A model generated the notes under the pieces. It did no database searches and was not told the origin of the DNA. It was given only the letters and a program-made list of their open reading frames with translations. The translations under genes were made by a program, and so were the position numbers. 64,000 nucleotides of DNA from an uncultured Candidatus Poseidoniales archaeon. GTDB taxonomy: Archaea; Thermoplasmatota; Poseidoniia; Poseidoniales; Thalassarchaeaceae. Position 1 is the first letter of the stretch. Each line of letters opens with the position of its first letter. The stretch covers positions 46,726 to 110,725 of the forward strand of contig CACGHY010000001.1 of assembly GCA_902573085.1 (NCBI GenBank). Direction: 5' to 3'. Of the stretch, positions 60,019 to 64,000 are shown piece by piece.

Positions 60019-60861
60019 CTACCGTCGGATTGTATAACCGTCCACAACACTCTCTAACGAATTCATTTGGTCGTCATTTATGATACCCTCATCTAGCTTC
60101 TCTTGGAGGAAATCCTTGGCTTCCTTAGTAGTCTGCCTCTCACCTCTGGCCCAAATTGTCGCTAAGAGATTTGAGCGAAACTCTTCTGACACGCCAATTT
60201 CTACAAGGAGTCTTCGCATCTCATACTTGTATTCCATGTGTCTACTTCTGTCCAGTCTTCGAGCACGGTTGGCGGGCTGATATGAGGAGGTCTTGCTCCG
60301 GAATTTTTTCTGAGGTTTTTTTGGCTCGGCTGTAGTTTCGGACGGGCGTTTCTTGGAAATATTACTAGTTTTTTCTTTCTCTGCTGCAAGTGATGCCCTT
60401 AGTATGCTATCTTTGATGATCTGCCTAGCCTTCAGACTTGTTCCAGAGTCTTCAAATTTAGGTTCCGCTTTCTTTATAATTTCAGCAGGCTTCTTTTCTG
60501 ATATTGTTGTTTTTTTATCCTGAGATGTCTCTTCACCTTTTTTTACCCCCAGCATCTGACTCTCCAGTATTGTTTCCTCTGGCTCTGTAATTTGAGCAAC
60601 ATCGGATTGCCCTTCCGCCTTTACAGAATCTGTTTGTTTATCCTGTTTAATTTCGCTAATTGTGGAAGTTTTTGGCTTTGACGTGGGTTTAGGCCTTGAA
60701 CCAGGTGCAGATGGGGGGGGCTGCTCTTGGTGACCTAGGTTTGGGCGATTTTGGTTTAGGAATACTGCCTGATTTTGTCTTGGAAGATGTCTGTGAAGTT
60801 GATCCGAAGATGTTCTTCGGTGCTGCTTTCTTCCTCCTTCTCCTCTGCACTGTGTAATCAA
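60019..60861 (-). CDS. hypothetical protein with a Lys/Ser/Pro/Glu-rich low-complexity N-terminal region and a conserved-looking C-terminal roughly 80-aa domain
   Basis: N-terminal two-thirds is compositionally biased (KPKTSTISEIKQDKQ..., EKKPAEIIKKAEPK...). The C-terminal ...YKYEMRRLLVEIGVSEEFRSNLLATIWARGERQTTKEAKDFLQEKLDEGII is globular-looking. The true start is uncertain. Confidence 0.35.
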   Translation of the reverse strand: MITQCRGEGGRKQHRRTSSDQLHRHLPRQNQAVFLNQNRPNLGHQEQPPPSAPGSRPKPTSKPKTSTISEIKQDKQTDSVKAEGQSDVAQITEPEETILESQMLGVKKGEETSQDKKTTISEKKPAEIIKKAEPKFEDSGTSLKARQIIKDSILRASLAAEKEKTSNISKKRPSETTAEPKKPQKKFRSKTSSYQPANRARRLDRSRHMEYKYEMRRLLVEIGVSEEFRSNLLATIWARGERQTTKEAKDFLQEKLDEGIINDDQMNSLESVVDGYTIRR

Positions 60862-60907
60862 CCCTCATTCCACCGGCCCTAAGGACTCTCATAAGAGTTC
60901 GCGACTA

Positions 60908-61915
60908 TCATGACCAAACTACTGCGGTGTTATCGGTTCTAAGTGATGGGTCGATTCCACTATCCATTAGTTCTGTTTCTATACCACATTCAAGCATTCT
61001 GCGTCCCAACTCGGCAATCATAGTGCCGTTATCAATACAATATGGCTTGTCTGGCCAGAAACATTCTGCTCCCCTATCTTCACACATCATTTTACTCATA
61101 TTTCTAAGTCGCTCATTACAGGCAACTCCCCCACCGAGCAAAAGCTCATTCTTGCCTGTATGCGCTAATGCCCTCTCGGCTACTTCTACGCAAGTCGCGA
61201 ACGAATGTTCCTGGAGAGACCAACAAACTTCTCGCAGGGACTTGCCATCGGCAACTTTCTGTACCGCTGATGTAAGCATCCCCGAGAAAGCTAAATCCAT
61301 TCCATGGACCCCATATGGTAATAATAGATCATCGAGACTAGTATCACCTTTCTCGGAAAACTCATTCGATAATTTTTCTATTTCGGGGCCGCCCGGGAAT
61401 GGGATGCCCTGTGTTCTAGCGAATTTGTCCAGCATATTTCCAATTCCAATGTCAAGTGTTTCTCCTAGAACTCTGTACCTTCCGTCAGCTCTAGCGATTA
61501 CTTGGGTATTCCCGCCACTGACATATAGCAAAACAGGGTCCTTGCAACCAGTTTGGTTTCTACCTACCTCTATATGAGCAACGCAGTGATTGACTCCTAG
61601 TAGTGGTACGGCGAGTCTCGTAGACAAAGTTCTGGCCACAGATGCGCCTACACGAAGGCACGGCCCTAAACCTGGACCTTGGCTAAAGGCCACAGCAATT
61701 ATGGAATTCCAAGAAAAATCATCGGAACTAGACAGCCTCTCTAACAAATGGGATGTCGCCTCAGAATGATGATCAGCGGCTTCTCTTGGATGTATCCCCC
61801 CCTCCTCCGGACGATAAAGAGATGAAAATGAAGGGAATAGTTTGCCAGATGTGCTAACCCTTCCGAAAGAGAATGTATGAGCAGTGCTTTCTATTCCTAA
61901 AATAATGCCTTCCAC
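60908..61915 (-). CDS. kae1: tRNA N6-adenosine threonylcarbamoyltransferase Kae1
   Basis: ...GIESTAHTFSF..., ...LLYVSGGNTQV..., ...HCVAHIE... are Kae1/TsaD motifs. 335 aa, standalone (not fused to Bud32). Confidence 0.8.
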   Translation of the reverse strand: MEGIILGIESTAHTFSFGRVSTSGKLFPSFSSLYRPEEGGIHPREAADHHSEATSHLLERLSSSDDFSWNSIIAVAFSQGPGLGPCLRVGASVARTLSTRLAVPLLGVNHCVAHIEVGRNQTGCKDPVLLYVSGGNTQVIARADGRYRVLGETLDIGIGNMLDKFARTQGIPFPGGPEIEKLSNEFSEKGDTSLDDLLLPYGVHGMDLAFSGMLTSAVQKVADGKSLREVCWSLQEHSFATCVEVAERALAHTGKNELLLGGGVACNERLRNMSKMMCEDRGAECFWPDKPYCIDNGTMIAELGRRMLECGIETELMDSGIDPSLRTDNTAVVWS

Positions 61916-61965
61916 GGACCCCGGACGAGCGGGAGTTCTTTCAACTATCGGAATTTGGGGCCATC

Positions 61966-63258
61966 ATGAGAACTATCTTACACAATTGTGGAGAGATAGC
62001 ACACCTTTCTACCGGAGACGATGAGGACCCCCTTTCTGGAGAGAGACTTCTCGACAGGGAGTCATTAGTTCATCCTGCAGGTATGGCTATAATGATCAGT
62101 GGCGGATTCGTTGAGAAAATAGCTCCTTCAGAAGAAGTTTTGTCAGAGTTTGCACCCTGGTACCCGACAAATAGCGCGAGTAAGGATGTAGAAGTGATAG
62201 ATATCGGGGAGATGTCCGTAGTACCTGGTTTTGTTGACAGTCACACCCACCTGCCTTGGTCTGGGGATAGGACGAACGAACTTGCCATGAGATTGAGGGG
62301 TAAGACATACCGGGAAATCGCTCAATCTGGAGGGGGGATTATGAAGACGGTGAGGAATACCAGAAGTACGCCTAAACGAAACCTGGTAGGCAGTGGAATA
62401 TCTCGTGTGCAGGAATTTATCCGTAATGGAACAACTACCTTGGAGGCAAAGAGCGGGTATGGGTTGGACTTGGACTCTGAAGTTAAATTATTAGAGTCAA
62501 TATCTGAAATAAATCGTTCCACTGATATAGACATAAGGGCAACTTGGCTGGGTGCGCATGATTTCCCTCCAGAGATGGGAAGGGAGGATTATGTTGAACA
62601 CCTAATTTCAGATCAACTGCCTGTGATTTCTGAGCTCTCTCTGGCAAAATGGGTAGATGTATTCTGTGAACAAGGCTGGTTCACTAACGAGCAGACAGAA
62701 GATATAGTCAAGGCTTCGAAAAATTACGGAATGAAATCGAGATTGCATGTGGATGAATTCGTAGATACTGGGGGTCTTGCTCTGGCTGCCGAGCTTGGAT
62801 CAGTTAGCGCTGATCACGTTGCGTGTTCGAACGATGATTCCAGAGTCAGTGCAGCAGAATCCGGAACAGTTCAAACATTTCTTCCCGGTACGCCCTATAT
62901 CCTGGGAACTAGTCTAGAGTTGCCAATAAAAAGGTGCATTTCTGAAGATTGGCCTTTTTCGATAGCAACTGACTTTAATCCAAATTGCCCAATTACCTCA
63001 CTCCCATTGATTGGAAGCTTCGTAACACACAGATTAGGAGTTGATCCCATCGCAAGTTTGGTTGCAGTCACTAGAAACCCCGCAACAACAATGTTCGATG
63101 AAGAGGAACCGCGAGGGATAATATCAGAAGGAAGCATTGCTGACATGAATGTTCTCTGGTCTTCTTCTGCAGACTCTTGGTGCCAGACTCCGGGATCTTC
63201 ACCTGTGAAAGTTACGATCAAAAATGGCATTATTGTTAACTCAAACAAGACTTATTGA
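61966..63258 (+). CDS. hutI: imidazolonepropionase (amidohydrolase superfamily)
   Basis: ...PGFVDSHTHL..., ...EAKSGYGLD..., ...HVDEF... are HutI metal-ligand motifs. Confidence 0.65.
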   Translation: MRTILHNCGEIAHLSTGDDEDPLSGERLLDRESLVHPAGMAIMISGGFVEKIAPSEEVLSEFAPWYPTNSASKDVEVIDIGEMSVVPGFVDSHTHLPWSGDRTNELAMRLRGKTYREIAQSGGGIMKTVRNTRSTPKRNLVGSGISRVQEFIRNGTTTLEAKSGYGLDLDSEVKLLESISEINRSTDIDIRATWLGAHDFPPEMGREDYVEHLISDQLPVISELSLAKWVDVFCEQGWFTNEQTEDIVKASKNYGMKSRLHVDEFVDTGGLALAAELGSVSADHVACSNDDSRVSAAESGTVQTFLPGTPYILGTSLELPIKRCISEDWPFSIATDFNPNCPITSLPLIGSFVTHRLGVDPIASLVAVTRNPATTMFDEEEPRGIISEGSIADMNVLWSSSADSWCQTPGSSPVKVTIKNGIIVNSNKTY

Positions 63259-63717
63259 TCCTAACAATGGATGATAATAATATCTATACGTTTATTCTAC
63301 GAAAATCACATTTTCATTTTTCATTATCCAGGAAAAGACCTAATCTAACAAAAATATCGACTGTTGTTGTACCGATAACATAGATTATCGGAATTCTTCT
63401 TTACAACATTTACAATAATTTGCTCTCAGTATAGCGTTTTGTGAAAAAAAACGTAGAATTAACCAAATAACCCCTATTATATCAAAAATTGAATACTTGA
63501 ATGACTACCAGAGCATATGGCTTCAGGGCATAGTGGGTTTTGTATGAAATGTAAGAGCTACGTTAGAATCTCTGGACCAGAGTTGATCAAGATGAGTAAT
63601 GGCAGAACCAGGGTTGCGGGTAAATGTTCAATTTCAGGATGTGATGGAAGAATCTCAAAAATTGTCTCATGAACTATCAGAATCATTCTTGTGTGTGTTT
63701 CAATTCGAAGGAGAGCC

Positions 63718-63793
63718 GGGCTCGTGGTCTAGGGGTTATGACGTCGCCTTGACATGGCGAAGATCGCAGGTTCAATTCCTGCCGAGCCCACCA
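63718..63793 (+). tRNA. tRNA-Val (anticodon GAC) with an encoded CCA
   Basis: Acceptor GGGCTCG/CGAGCCC, anticodon arm TCGCC-ttGACat-GGCGA, 5-nt variable loop, T-arm GCAGG-TTCAATT-CCTGC, discriminator A, CCA. Confidence 0.8.
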
Positions 63794-63814
63794 ATAGAAT
63801 TGATACTAAATAGT

Positions 63815-64000
63815 TTATTTATCAAATTCATATGAAATTCTCAATCTGCCCTTACCCTTGTTCTTCTTTGAGATGAACTTGACTCTGGGTATCATAGAAG
63901 TGTTAGAAGCGTGTGTTCCAGCACATGGACACAAATCTATATCTTCGATTTCAACCACTCTTAGGTGTTTGATTGACTCCGGAATCCTGTGCATGAACTT
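63815..64000 (-). CDS. AlaX / alanyl-tRNA-synthetase-type editing (tRNA_SAD) domain, C-terminal fragment; gene continues beyond the window
   Basis: Minus-strand frame open to the window edge, ending ...DLCPCAGTHASNTSMIPRVKFISKKNKGKGRLRISYEFDK* (C.C.GTH...kg.g.Ri pattern of the AlaRS/AlaX second additional domain). Confidence 0.45.
   Translation of the reverse strand, partial: KFMHRIPESIKHLRVVEIEDIDLCPCAGTHASNTSMIPRVKFISKKNKGKGRLRISYEFDK

Noticed and set aside
63599-63835. 78-aa plus-strand ORF
   Set aside because: It runs straight through tRNA-Val (63718..63793), so it is spurious.
1-64000. Search for CRISPR arrays, transposases, integrases and toxin-antitoxin or restriction systems
   Set aside because: There are no direct-repeat/spacer arrays and no ORFs with DDE, tyrosine-recombinase, HEPN, PIN or nuclease-ATPase signatures. 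The window looks like core chromosome.

Overview
This 64 kb window is a gene-dense archaeal chromosomal region with about 70 genes and almost no non-coding DNA. Acidic proteomes, archaeal-specific markers (proteasome beta, aCPSF1/FttA, EndA, Kae1, ribosomal proteins S19e/L39e/L31e/S17e, SepF-like, PGF-CTERM surface protein) and bacterial-type lipid and respiratory genes (PlsC-like acyltransferase, class-2 PyrD, PntAB, CcmE) suggest a Marine Group II / Poseidoniales-like Thermoplasmatota genome; this is an inference, not a database result. Most of the content is housekeeping: aminoacyl-tRNA synthetases (MetRS C-terminal fragment, TrpRS, ValRS, AlaX/AlaRS-like fragment), thyA-folA, mdh, pntAA-pntAB-pntB, tatC, topA, pyrD, sod, serA-like, iscA/ygfZ, fdhD plus a YdeP/FdhF-like Mo-oxidoreductase, a preQ0 (archaeosine precursor) operon folE-queE-queC-msrB-queD with an upstream RHH gene, methylmalonyl-CoA epimerase/mutase, kae1 and hutI. 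Non-coding genes are an SRP (7S) RNA directly downstream of a CxxxY-type ccmE, and two tRNAs (tRNA-Val GAC; a probable tRNA-Pro TGG with a weak D-arm). The most unusual loci are: (i) an operon-like unit of NAD(P)H-FMN reductase, a 57-aa two-TM peptide with a strong RBS, a standalone PqqD-like RRE protein, and a downstream membrane protein broken by a frameshift in a G7 run; (ii) queE, which has no canonical start codon; (iii) a radical-SAM MqnE/MqnC/CofH-family gene convergent on an uncharacterized gene and a geranylgeranyl-reductase-family gene; (iv) an acidic, repeat-rich PGF-CTERM surface protein; (v) a Lys/Ser/Pro-rich low-complexity protein downstream of kae1. No CRISPR array, transposase, integrase or defence genes are visible. 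One caveat: the topA ORF-track end (33146) and my line-based count (33147) differ by 1 nt; the ORF-track numbers are used throughout.
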